DNA of 64,000 nucleotides. Origin: Octopus bimaculoides (taxonomy: Eukaryota). The position numbers were made by a program, and so were the translations under genes. The stretch spans positions 61,088,708-61,152,707 of the forward strand of contig NC_068992.1 in NCBI RefSeq assembly GCF_001194135.2, written 5' to 3'. The notes beneath the pieces were generated by a model. That model was not told the DNA's origin. It did no database searches and saw only the letters and a program-made list of their open reading frames with translations. Below are positions 1 to 12,311 of this stretch, piece after piece; position 1 is the stretch's first letter; each line of letters starts with the position of its first letter.

Positions 1-166
1 TTAACATACATTGATTACTTATCTGAAATCATGAATGTGAAAAGGAAATTTTATATCTAAACACAGTGCATATCTCTAATACACACACACACATTATCTT
101 TTACTTGTTTCAGCCATGCTGGGGCACCACCTTCAAGCATTTTAGTTGAACAAATTGACCTCAGTA

Positions 167-577
167 CCGTATATACTTGGCTATAAGTCGCACTTTTTAC
201 CCTGAAATTTCACCTAAAGTTGCAGGTGCGACTTATAAGCTTATTCTATAAAAAAAATCTTCAGATATTTTCTAGGTACAAGCCATGTCTGAAGTTCCAA
301 CACTTGGAATAACCGAAACGGATAAAGTTTTATGTTATAAACAACAGTTTTTAAAATGCATGGACTTAATGGGATAACAGTTGTAAATCATCTTCAGCTT
401 ACTGAAAGCTTGGTTACCAATCAACAACTATGTCAGCATGATTCCTAATCAAACTTTGCTCTTTAACATCAAAAACGTTGTTGTGACCTATAGTTGGGCC
501 AATGATAAAATTCCCGATTCGAACCTTGTCTTTTAGGCAAGGACATATATGGTACTTATAGGCAAGGGTATATATAG
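167..577. mobile_element. pogo/Tc2-type MITE inserted in a SINE
   Basis: TA-CCGTATATACTTGGCTATAAGTCGCAC ... ACTTATAGGCAAGGGTATATATAG-TA; internal inverted tataagtcgcac/gtgcgacttata. The flanks rejoin as the SINE sequence gacctcag-TA-cttattttt. Confidence 0.8.
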
Positions 578-955
578 TACTTATTTTTTAAAATCTGATA
601 CTTATTCTGTCAGTTTCTTTTGCTGAACTGATAAGTTACAGGTATGTAAACAAGCCAACACTGGGAGTCAAGCAAGCGGTGGTAAGGGGACAGACACAGA
701 CACAGCATATACAGGTATATACTTATGCACATGTTGATTATATATATATATATATATATNNNNNNNNNNNNNNNNNNNNNNNNNNNNNNNNNNNNNNNNN
801 NNNNNNNNNNNNNNNNNNNNNNNNNNNNNNNNNNNNNNNNNNNNNNNNNNNNNNNNNNNNNNNNNNNNNNNNNNNNNNNNNNNNNNNNNNNNNNNNNNNN
901 NNNNNNNNNNNNNNNNNNNNNNNNNNNNNNNNNNNNTATATATATATATATATAT

Positions 956-1095
956 ATTTGTTACTCTTTAACAAGAATAGTATTGACTGTGACTTTGAAG
1001 TTTTGGCTAGGTAAGTCATCATTGGACAGTCTGATGTTAGCTGGCTGAAATTTCAAAGTCATTGTCAATACTAGTCTAGTTAAAGAATAACAAAT
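956..1095. repeat. Inverted repeat, 55-bp arms and 30-nt spacer
   Basis: Arms 956-1010 and 1041-1095; 46/55 Watson-Crick by manual alignment. Confidence 0.85.
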
Positions 1096-1154
1096 TTGTG
1101 CTCTGCCGAATATATTGAGTAATCCTTCAATTTGATGTAAAATTATTATAACAT

Positions 1155-1190
<36 letters not shown>

Positions 1191-2711
1191 TATTGGTTTC
1201 AAATCTTGATGCAAGGCCAGCTATTATGTGGGAGGGATAAGTCAATTACGTTGACCCCCAGTATTCAACCGGAACTTATTTTATCAACCGCCAAAAGAAT
1301 GAAAGGTAAAGTCAACTTTGGTGGTATCTGAACTCATAATGTAAAGACAGAGCTCATCTTTTATATATATATAATAATACATACACATAGCAGTTTTCTA
1401 CTAGTTTCTGTGAATTAGAAGTATTTTGACTCACCATTTTTTTTCATAATTACTTTCAAACTAATAGTTTTAATAAAATAATTGATAATTCACTATAAGG
1501 TTCAATATCCAGACATAATTTTGTTTTATTACAATATTTTGGTCATAAAATATGTGTGTAAGTTGATGACATGCTAAGCCTTTTCATACATGCAACTCTA
1601 TCACTTGGTAAGCATGGCAACATCTGTAGGTGGGAAACCTCTTATCTAAATCAATGCAAAATTTGAAGCTTCACAAACTGAAATATTGAAATTAGCAATG
1701 TGTATGTGTGATGGAATATGAACAGCCCCTTCCTTTCCTTTGCCTTCTTCACACTCCTTCTCCTCTTTATCTTTTCTCCTTTCTCTTTCTTTCTCCTCTT
1801 CCTCCTTCCTTCTCTTCATGATCAGCATCATTTTATTTCTTATTTTCATGCAGGTATAAGTTGGGTGGACTGTTACAATCCAGATCAGGTTTTGGATTGT
1901 TACTGCTCTCCTAGATGGGCTAGAGGACCAAATATAGCTTATTTGTTTTGGCTTGGTTTATACAACTGGATACCCTTCCTAACACTAACAATGTTACAGA
2001 GTGTACTGGGTAATTTTATTGTAGTACCTGCATAAGAGGGGTTGTCATGTCCTTGACAAGACTAAAGAGACTGTACTATCTGATATTGTCTCTATTCACC
2101 AGTCCTCTCATCCTCCCACAGAGAGTACTAGGTGTATTCTATTGTGACAATATTAGAAATTGCCTTGACTCCTACAAGACTAAATGATCTTATCTATGTT
2201 GTTGCCATGATTTCCAGGCAGATATGACAGAGAGAGAAAGAGTTGATCAAGAGAGTGAAAGTAAGGGTGTAAGTATGATGGGGGAAAACAGTGATAGAAG
2301 TGAGAGGATGGTTGGGGAGGGAGTAATGGAAGACACAGTGGTCATCACATATAATATTAGAACATGTATAAATATATTGGCATAAAACAAGATGCATATC
2401 AATGTGTGATATTCTGTTACTGAACAAGATCAAAAGAAATTGCATTTTGTGACAACCATGCCCAGCTTACTACTTTCTGCACTTGATGCATCATAACGAA
2501 GCCTCTATTTTCAAGTGCCTGAGTCAAAATGACTCAAGACAATTGAAGTTTAAGAAATGTAAATGAATAATTACTACCATGATGATATGACAAAAGTGAG
2601 TCAGAAATACTGTTTTTGTTTTGTGGTTTTATTTTTTAATTAAAGTCACCTAGTTATCTATGACACAGAAATTACAACAAATAGAACATGATGATGATGA
2701 TGATGATAATA

Positions 2712-3415
2712 ATAATAATAATAATTTCTATTGATACAAGGCCTGAAATTTTCAGGGAGGGGTCTTGTCAATTACATTGACCCTTGTATTTGACTGGTAT
2801 TTATTTTATCGACCCTGAAAGGATGGAACTCAAAATCATCTTGGTGAAATTTGAACCCTGAACGTAAAGATGGCAAATTGCCATAAAGCATATTGCCTGA
2901 TGTGCTAGCAATTCACCAGCAATAAAGCAATGACTGAGACCTTCAGCAATATACCATGCTTGAGAAGAAGACCCAGTTTGAACTCATAATGTATAGACAG
3001 ACAAAATGCTGCCATACATTTTATCCAGTGTGTTAACGATTCTGTCAGCTTACCTTGATTATAATGATAATAATAATATCAAATTTTGTCACAAGGCCAG
3101 CAATTTGGGGTAGGGGGTAGATCAATTACATTGACTTCAGTGCTCTACTGGTATGTATTTTATCAACCCCAAAAGGATGAAAGGCAAAGTTGACCCCGAT
3201 GGAATTTGAACTCAATGATTTCTAACAAGCATAAGGACAGAAATTTGAAGGAAGAAATATAGTTGATAAATTACCCCTGTACTTGATTGGTACTTTATGT
3301 ATTGAGTACAGTGAGATGAAAACAAGATTGACCTCAATGAGACTTTATCTTCGAACACAGAGAGTGAGGACAAATACCAGAAGTCAATTCATCCAATATT
3401 CTAAGGGTTCATCTA
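2712..3415 (-). mobile_element. Minus-strand array of ~3 copies of the same SINE
   Basis: Reverse complement of the unit with (ATA)n tails, e.g. ttttatcgaccctgaaaggatggaa and aaggcaaagttgacccc. Confidence 0.72.
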
Positions 3416-3669
3416 ATTAAAATAAGGCAGATCAAGGCTAATTGGCCAGAACCATTGATGTGACAAATGTAGTTTGCCTTCTAGGTAAACTACAATAATA
3501 ATGAACTCCGCTAAAGGCACTGAAGGGCAAGGTAGTGGTGTTAATCTGAGAGGAATTAAGTTTATCATGGCTTTTTTTTTTATCAGGGATGATCTGGGCC
3601 TGAACAACAGTCACAATAATCAAATATGTTAAACTTTTTCCTTTAATCTTCTATGCAAGTTCTAAAGAT

Positions 3670-3800
3670 CTTGATTCTTGACATTTAAAGTGTTTCTTGT
3701 TCATTCATATTACATGCTTAAGCCACTGCAGTCAGTTGAGCAGAAAGCCTTATGCTTACGAATTAGTTAAAGGCAGGAATGTCTTTCTTGGCCAATTGAC
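3670..3800 (-). mobile_element. Second copy of the internal segment of the 6630-6968 element
   Basis: atttaaagtgtttct...ttcattcatattacatg.ttaagccactgcagtcagt.gagcagaaa is shared with 6741-6849. Confidence 0.55.
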
Positions 3801-5248
3801 TTCTGTTGCTTCAGGGAAAGGGCTTGGGTTTAAGACGAAGCAAGAATAGCGCTCAGCTGTGGAACATTAATTCTTCAATAAAACCATGAATAAGATATAA
3901 AACAATTTCTGTGAAAATAGTGATCCATTGTTTGTTATGGAAAATACATTGTAAATGAAAAACAAGTTTTCCATTCATTCATTCACTCATTCACTTGGTT
4001 AATTTAATAATGTTGAAGATAAATCAATGAGAATATTTATTCTGAAAGATATTGCTATTATCTTCTTGGCAGTTAATTAAATAAAATCCTATAGTTGTGC
4101 ATCTGTTTCCAAGGAACACACTTTTTTGCATCGTCAGTTTTCAACAGGCAATTTTGATTCAAACGAATCTACTCTGAAAAATTTAATTTCTGTCTCTCTC
4201 GTGCATACACAGGTATTTAGATATGTGTTACATAAATGTCAATTTATATATATATATATATATATAGCTTTCTAAATTAAGAGGGTGTGGCTAATTGCTG
4301 TTGGTGTAATTATATTTTGTCTTCATCATCCTCATTTTCATCATTTTATATCCATTTTCTGTGCTGGCATGAATAGGACAGTTTGCCAGGATTCAATGGG
4401 ACAGAGGGCCAAGTCTTGCCTCAATGCTTCGTTTTTGGTATGATTTCTATGGCTGGATGCCCTCCTAACATAAACTAAAATACTTACGTATTGAGTGAAT
4501 TTTTTCATGGCACCAGCACTACAGATGTTGCCTTGCCATCAGTCAGCATGACTAAAGAGTTCTCTAAAGCCCTGCTTTGTTGCTGCTCAAATCAATTACT
4601 AATCAGTTGTAAAGTGTACTGGGTTTTATTGTGACACCAGCATTGTTGTAGTTGCCTTGCAGTTTGCAAAGCAAAGGAAAGCCCCCACCCTTCCTGCTGA
4701 TCGATAGATCAGGCTTATTGTGACAAGTTCGTAATGGAGAAACATGGAGAAACATAATGGAGAAACATAACAAAGGGGACAGTGTTGGGGTAAGAGTAAC
4801 AGACAAAAGAAAGGGGAAGGGGAAGAGTAATGTCAGGGATTAGTATGATGGAGAGGGTGATGGGGAAAAATGATGACGGGGTGGGTAATCCGTCTGCCAT
4901 ACCCTGTTGGTATAGCTGATCATCTGGGTCCAAGACGTTTCTTATTGGAGTTACACAGGTTTATTTTTGATGGAACATGATGGGGAGGATGAACAGTGTG
5001 GAGGAGGAAAAGTGGAAATTAATGTGTGGGGATTAGTGAGAGAGAAAGTTAATGATAGGATAATGGAGATAGTTGAATAGGAAGAGATGCAATGCTACCC
5101 CACATTACACATTAATGATACCGGTGTTGGTGAGTTTACCTTCTCATAACTTAGTGGTTCAACGAAAGAGACTGATAAAGTACCAGGCTTAAATAAATAA
5201 GTACTGGAGTTGATTCATCCGACTAAAAATTCTTCAAGGCTGCAGCAC

Positions 5249-5301
5249 GGTCCCAGCCTGGTCCCAGCCTGGTCCCAGCCTGGTCCCAGCCTGGTCCCAG
5301 C
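5249..5301. repeat. 11-bp tandem repeat (GGTCCCAGCCT) x ~4.8 inside a SINE tail
   Basis: Exact units at 5249, 5260, 5271 and 5282; local expansion of the SINE segment ggtgccccagcatgg. Confidence 0.85.
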
Positions 5302-5924
5302 ACAGCCGAAGTCTTATGACAGAAACAAGTAAAAGGTATATAAAGATATCAACATCCAGACTGACATGTGCATGGACACACACACACACAAAAATGTGTA
5401 CAGCCACATATGCACTCAGAATCAAAATTATTCTAGAATTTGATCTTCTTGCATAACTTAAATGTTTCTACATGTGGTGTGAAAAAGAAAATGCAGATAA
5501 AACATTCAAACACAGAAAAAAAAAAAAAGAGTGGAAATGTAGAAATCTTCAAACTCTTAAGAAAACACATCTTAAGAACATGATTAAAACAGCTGACATG
5601 TTTACCTTCGTTAATTGTGACCAATAGCAAATGTCCTGTTTGCTTTCTTTAATTCTCATCAAAGAATTTAATTTTATATGCTTGCCTCACCTTACTATAT
5701 TTGTCTGGATTGTGTAGATTTAAAAATATAACATTAATTATATGTATTTTTAGAACAGGTTTTCTTTATTTTTAAATAGTTCTCACCTATTTAAATGGAT
5801 ATATAGTATCTACTTTTAAACTAAATTTGTAAAGTAAATCATTTAGTGTGTGGTAGTATTATTAACAAACTCTGTTTTCACATCATCTTAAAGAGGTTTA
5901 CGTAAGAAGTATAATGGTGTATCC

Positions 5925-6290
5925 TCTTTTATCTTTTACTTGTTTCAGTAACTGGACTGTGGCCATGCTGGGACATTACCTTGAAGGGTTTTAGTCAAAT
6001 GAAGCGACCCCACTACTTTTTTTGTACTTATTTCCTTGGTCTCTTTTGATGAATTATTAAGATATGGGGATATAAACAAACCAACACTGGTTGTCAAGCA
6101 GTAGTGGAGGACGCATACACACACATGTATATGACGGGCTTCTTTCAGTTTCTATCTACCGAGTCCACTCTGAAGATTTTGATTGGCCTGGGGCTAAAGT
6201 AGAAGACACTTGAGTAAGGTGCCATGCAGTGGGACTGAACCTGGAACCATGCGTTTGGAAAGCAAATTTTTCACCACACAGCTATGGCTG
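5925..6290 (-). mobile_element. tRNA-derived CORE-type SINE, near full length
   Basis: Reverse complement has a tRNA-like head (gctgtgtggtgaaaaatttgctttccaaacgcatggttccaggttcagtccc), a CORE-like block, an internal (TG/TA)n and the 3' tail ...aagtaaaagataaaag. Confidence 0.75.
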
Positions 6291-6629
6291 ACAGTGCATT
6301 TCTTTTGTATTGTATAATCAGGGGTAGGGGCAGTGCCTGTGTCCTTTTTCAGGGCTGTTGATACTACTGGGCGGGAGGAAGATATCCTCAAATTGGAGGT
6401 CAGGCCCGAATGCTCACAACAGAGTTAACTCTTATGGACTATCAGTGACCAGGTGGTGGCACTGGTGTTAAATTAGGTGAGAAATTAAATCTATCACCCA
6501 AGTAGGCCACAACTGGATTTGAACTCAGAATACAAAATGCCAAAACAAATACAGCAAGATATCCTGTCCAATGCTCTAATGATTCTACTGGTTCACCACT
6601 CTAAACTGGTACTGTTGCTTTCCAGGTGG

Positions 6630-6968
6630 ATGCAGTAAATATTCAAGCATCATCAAGATAGTGATGGTGCTTGAATGTTTCCATTTATTGAATAGATGTA
6701 ACTTTGTAACATTCTAACATTAGATATCTTGGTTCATAGGATTTAAAGTGTTTCTCATTCATTCATATTACATGTTTAAGCCACTGCAGTCAGTCGAGCA
6801 GAAAATCTTGTTTGTCGATAAATTTAAGGCAGGAGTATCTTTCTTGCCATATTAACTTTCCAAATTTTGCTGCATTCCAAAGCTGTCTTGGTGCATAAAT
6901 CAACAAAACTTATTTGGCTTTAAATTTTGGTCTGAAAAGTTCAATTTTTATGCAGGGGAAATACACTA
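6630..6968 (-). mobile_element. Longer deletion derivative of the same pogo-type family, retaining a possible transposase 5' remnant
   Basis: Shares atagtgatg.tg.ttgaatgttt with 34026-34050 and the right-end segment with 21400-21498. Internal 6741-6849 is duplicated at 3683-3793. Confidence 0.55.
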
Positions 6969-7440
6969 CTTTTAGTGACCCTTAAAAGACAAAAGGCAAA
7001 GTTGACCTTGATGGGATTTGAACTCAGAATATAAGAAACTAGAATAAATACCACAAGGCATTTTGTCTGATCTGGTAATGAATCTGGTCCATTAGATGAA
7101 AATAGTTGAGCACAAGTGACTTGAAAAAGTGATTAGCCATTAAAAGTAACATCAGGTACATGCAAGTTGTGCAGCCATGTTGGTTTGGGCATGAAATACA
7201 AATGGTTGATGTACTGAGTGAGTGAAAAATTGCTATGAATTCACAATCGAGGTAGTTCTGCATTTTACAAATGATGGTGATAATGCAAGATTGAGACATG
7301 TCCCCATCTCACATCATCATTTATTACACACTCATCAAACCAATGTGAATATAGATAAATTGGATGTTAAAATATGGATGAGGGTGTTGACTTTAGTGCA
7401 GTGAACAATACTGAATGAAAAAGACTTTTACGTTTTTTTT

Positions 7441-7985
7441 CTCTTCTCCTACTCCTTCTTCTCCTCTCTCCTCCTACTCCTTCTTCTCCTCTCTCCTCCT
7501 ACTCCTTCTTCTCCTCTCTCCTCTTACTCCTTCTTCTCCTCTCTCCTCTTACTCCTTCTTCTCCTCTCTCCTCCTCCTTCTTCTCTCTCCACTTACTCCT
7601 GCTTTTCCTCTTTCCTCTTACTCCTTCTTCTCCTCTCTCCTCTTACTCCTTCTTCTCCTCTCTCCTCCTACTCCTGCTTTTCCTCTCTCCTCTTACTCCT
7701 GCTTTTCCTCTCTCCTCTTACTTCTACTCCTCTCTTCTCTTACTCCTGCTTTTCCTCTCTCCTCCTCCTCCTACTCCTTCTTCTCCTCTTTCCTCTTACT
7801 CCTTCTTCTCCTCTCTCCCCTGCTTTTCCTCTCTCCCCTTACTCCTTTCTCTCTTGTTTCTTTTCTTTTATTTCTCTTCCTATGCTTCTTCTGTTATGTC
7901 TCTTTTAATTCTATTTCTTTTTCATTTCTCCTCCTACTCATTTTCTCACTTATTTCATCTCTCCTCCTACTTCTATTCTCTCTTA
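7441..7985. repeat. Polypyrimidine compound tandem repeat (~25-bp units, ctcttactccttcttctcctctctc)
   Basis: Almost purine-free + strand; source of the S/L/P/F-rich part of ORF 7415..8281. Confidence 0.85.
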
Positions 7986-9309
7986 CTGATTTAATTGGGG
8001 TTCTGCATTTAAGCTATTATTGGTGGTTCAGTCTATCATTGTTTGCTGGTTTGGTAGGGATCACGATTCATTATTTGCATTTCATTATTGATCACTATTT
8101 AGGGATTCCTCAAAAAATAAAACAAACTCCCATTTGCTCCATTGATTCATTATTGGCAAACCAACAAGAATTATTGTTTGTCAATTCCATAGGTACCATA
8201 CTTGACTCCTTACCAACAAATTCAGTAGAAAGTCTCAGTATTTGTCTGTTGTCAAACAAAATCAATAGAGGGAACTATTGATGTACTATCAGAAATTTAT
8301 TTAGGATCAATATTCTATTGATTTAATAGAAACCATACGTGTCTAGTTTGTAAAACAGTCAGGGTTCAGTTAGAGTTGTTGTTTAGCCATATGGCAATTC
8401 TGACCAAGAGGACCTGCTACTATAGACAATCCACCCGTGGCCATCACTGCTTTTCTGTATCCAAGATTAAAGTTAGTCTATGCCAGTTTCACCAGTGTAT
8501 CCAAGCTCTGGTTTGCATTGGTGACACACAACATCAGTTCAATCCATGTTAAATTCATTATATATGAAATTAATTCCAGTTGCCATATCAGTTAGTTTGC
8601 CAGAGTCACTGAAGGAGACTCTATACAATTACTTGACTCACTAGAAACAATCGCCAAGTCTCCCTCAAATTACACCCTAGTGTCAAAAAAAAAAAAAAAA
8701 AAGCCTGGAAGAAAATAATGAAGTGCTTAGGTAATGTGGTTTTGGATATATTATTGAGAACTAAAAAAAGAAAACGGATAGGATGTTCACAGATGGAATG
8801 CTTTTGATAATAGGTATGTTCCTTAAGGGCTGTCCTGGGATTAAATAATTTTTCTATTTTTATAATAAATTTTGAGAAACCAGTTTCATTACTTCATTAC
8901 TACACTTCAGGCCTTGATTAGTTTCACTCATTTCTATACCTCAGGCTCTGATTAATCATTAAGCAAAATAAGTACATGCTAAAGTTACCAAAGGACCAAA
9001 AAAAACATTACAGGTTTTTGTTGTCTCAGTGCCAGATTAACTATGGTTTAAAAGGTGCCACTGAACCAGTGAGTCACAAAAGTGTTGAGAATTAGCATGT
9101 TTTTTTTTTTAATGCTCTAATTATAAATTATAGTTATAACTGTGGTTTGGCAAACAGAAACAGATAGAATAAGTACTAGGCTTAAAAATGTAAGAGCTGG
9201 GGTTGGTTTATTTGACTAAAACCCTTGGAAAGAGGTGCCCCCAGCTTGGCCACAGTCCAATGACTGAACCAAGTGAAAGGTAAAAGATAAAAGATAGCAA
9301 AAGGAACCA

Positions 9310-10285
9310 TATTCTTTTATTTGTTTCAGTCATTTGACTGCGGCCATGCTGGAGCACCGCCTTTAGTTGAACAAATTGATCTCAGAACTTATTCTTTGTA
9401 AGCCTAGTATTTATTCTATCAGTCTCTTTTGCCGAACAGCTAAATTACGGGGACGTAAACACATCAGTGTTGGTTGTCAAGTGATGTTGGTGGTGGGGGA
9501 ACAAACACACACACACACACACACACATACATACATACATATATATATATAATGGTAGTTCATGTATATAATTGTTGGAAAAATAAGAATCAACAAGGAG
9601 AATCTTTTCATAGAGAAATTCCAACCATTTCTTAACACACATACCCCTCAGTGACCTTATTTCTCTAGGAACAGGCATAAACTTCCTGTTGAAAAAGAGT
9701 TCATAACTCCAACTAAAAACATTTGTCTCCCCTTACACACACTTCCTGTTTTGACACCACACTTCCTGTTTAACACAAACTTTTAACCCTTTTGTTAAAC
9801 CTAACACAACTCTCAATTCTCATGCATCCTTATTTTTCCAACCATTATATACATGAACTACCATTGAACTTCAAAAGCTCAAAGACAATATGTATTGGTA
9901 TAGTTATTNNNNNNNNNNNNNNNNNNNNNNNNNNNNNNNNNNNNNNNNNNNNNNNNNNNNNNNNNNNNNNNNNNNNNNNNNNNNNNNNNNNNNNNNNNNN
10001 NNNNNNNNNNNNNNNNNNNNNNNNNNNNNNNNNNNNNNNNNNNNNNNNNNNNNNNNNNNNNNNNNNNNNNNNNNNNNNNNNNNNNNNNNNNNNNNNNNNN
10101 NNNNNNNNNATATATATATATATATACGACGGGCTTCTTTCAGTTTCTGTCTACCAAGTCCACTCACAAGGCTTTGGTCAGCCCGAGGTTATAGTAGAAA
10201 ACACTTGCTCAAGGTGCCACGCAGTGGGACTCAACCCAGAACCATGTGGTTGATAAGCAAGCTACTTTCCACACAGCTACAGCCT
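9310..10285 (-). mobile_element. CORE-type SINE split by the 9551-9865 MITE and a gap
   Basis: Tail half at 9310-9540, head half at 10110-10285 (acacttgctcaaggtgccacgcagtgggactcaacccagaaccatgtgg). Confidence 0.75.
9551..9865. mobile_element. MITE with long (~37-50 bp) TIRs inserted in the (TA)n of a SINE
   Basis: Left aatggtagttcatgtatataattgttggaaaaataag equals the reverse complement of right cttatttttccaaccattatatacatgaactaccatt with 1 mismatch in 37. Superfamily not determined. Confidence 0.8.
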
Positions 10286-11164
10286 AAAATATATTGTGCC
10301 CAACCATAGTTTACATATCAATTGCAATATTGTGAAAAAAAAAAATCTATCTTCCTAAATTCTGTATGATAGCAACATGAAGATTTAATTCATTCTCTTT
10401 GTGAAAAGAGACTTATATAATGAGAGACCACAGCATTGTTTCCTTTTATGTTGCACCTTGTATATAGCTATTTGCAATTGACTTTTTTTTCTTTCCTAGT
10501 ATAAGGGAGAGAGAAGGTGAGAGATGATATTAATTTTAGTAAATATTTTTTTATTTTCTTTCATAGAATTTTTGTTTGTGTCAGTATTTTCACAGCTGGA
10601 TGCATATTTTCACTTTTTGTTTAGGAAACCACCCAACTGTAAAGTGGGAGTAGCTCCTATTTTCAGCTTTTATCAACAGTTGAGAACAGAATGCTTTCAA
10701 AGACAGGAATGTTGGAAGTTATTGTATGCTGCCCAGCAAAAGGAAATGGGTTCCTTTTGTCCGTTTGGAAAATATTATATTGATTTCTTGCATAGGAATA
10801 GGACAGGAATTTACAGAACTGTTAGTGTTGTTTAGTCCCAAGTCTGCCCTGGTTAATCTAACATATAACCATAGACATTCCAGTCATGATCATCCATCCT
10901 TCTTTCAGAAATAGTATATCGAAGAATACATTAAGCAGTACATCATTTTAAAAAAAAAGGTTATAATGTTATAATTTGAGTGAAATTTGGTTGCTATTTC
11001 TAGCAGAGTGATTGATCATATAAAAGCTCCTTTATTTAATACTTATTCTCTTGGGCTTTTTTGCTAAACCACTAACTTATAGGGACATAAACAAACAAAC
11101 AGTGGTTTTCAAGTGGTGGGGTGAACAAGCACATACGCACACACACACACACACACACGTTTCA

Positions 11165-12290
11165 ACAATGTAACCACACACATACTGTTGGTGATATTTT
11201 TCCTTCTCTGAACTTCTCCGTTTTACTTTCTGATGTGTTATGCTTGAAACATCAAGAACTCTCTTTTTACTGAGTGTCAGACATTATCTAGTTGTCTGTA
11301 ATCCTGTAATGGGTATCATTATGAACACTTGGCTTATCTCCTCGATAATTCGGACTGAACAATGGGTTCGTAATTGCAAGGAATACCATTTTCAAGAGTT
11401 AATCTGTGTTTGAATTGTTAATAAGGTTCTCTCACATTGAAGCAATTACTCCAGGCATACGTTTTATACTGGAAATGATTTTGTCTAGTACTGCAAGTAT
11501 TGCACCAACTAGTGTTTTTGAAACTAGCCTATCAAGGCATACATTTAACCAAACTGGTTACAGTTTAAAATGTAACTAAGAGAGGGCACATACATGAAAA
11601 ACGAAATGTCTTTTGATATATGTAATATAATCAAATGGTGTTAGTTGTTGGGTCCATCTCAGCATTCTCAAAGATATAACCCTTGGAAGTTCTTTGGATT
11701 AAATATAAATTTAAGATTGGATCTAAACTGGAATTTTCTACTAAGTAAAATACGATGAGTACAGTTTGTGGTTCATACAATTGCTAAAGCCTTATTTGAA
11801 TAATTTTATTCAGTAGTATCTAACTTCTTCAATAAATATAGCATTCAGTGGTTATTTTGCGATAAAATTCCTGATGTAAACATGTTATTTCGGTCTTTGA
11901 CAGAAATATTGGAAAAACTTGCATATTACATCAAACATTTAAAGCTACAAATTGGTCTGATTTGAATATCATGGTTTGCTGATCACACACCATGTATTTC
12001 TGCATTTCTATATTTGTTTTAACTGTTTTCTTTATTTGTTAGAAATTTTTTTCCTACTGACTAGCATCAGTTGTTAACAAGATGTCTTTGTTGGCATGAA
12101 ATATACTCATAACAGGATTCTCAACCAGAGCGTAGTTTAAATTATTGAATGGCCTCTGTTGAGCATTTATTCATCCAACTAACTTTAACATTTTTCTCAT
12201 GCAAATTCACTCATGCATAGTTCTTATTTCACAATATTTTGGCAAAATAAGCATTCAAAAATTTACCAATCCTAAAAAGGATTCTAATTT
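11165..12290 (-). mobile_element. Highly decayed Penelope-like retroelement (RT thumb / GIY-YIG region plus terminal repeat)
   Basis: Minus-strand FLSKTEIT...EFYRKITTECYIY*RS resembles the PLE RT-thumb motif FLD.....YRKPT...YL...S. 11200-11260 is homologous to the 61.5 kb terminal-repeat fragment and carries a CpG-decayed hammerhead-like motif. Many stops; boundaries approximate. Confidence 0.55.
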
Positions 12291-12311
12291 TTTCTTAGGT
12301 GAAGAAACATG

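Noticed and set aside
7415-8281. Longest ORF in the track (288 aa)
   Set aside because: Two thirds is the CT repeat read as S/L/P/F. The remaining ~100 codons have no recognisable motif, and a few open stretches of that length are expected by chance across six frames of 64 kb.
10524-10835. 103-aa ORF with internal acceptor-like sites
   Set aside because: No recognisable domain, no donor, and composition like the surrounding intron.
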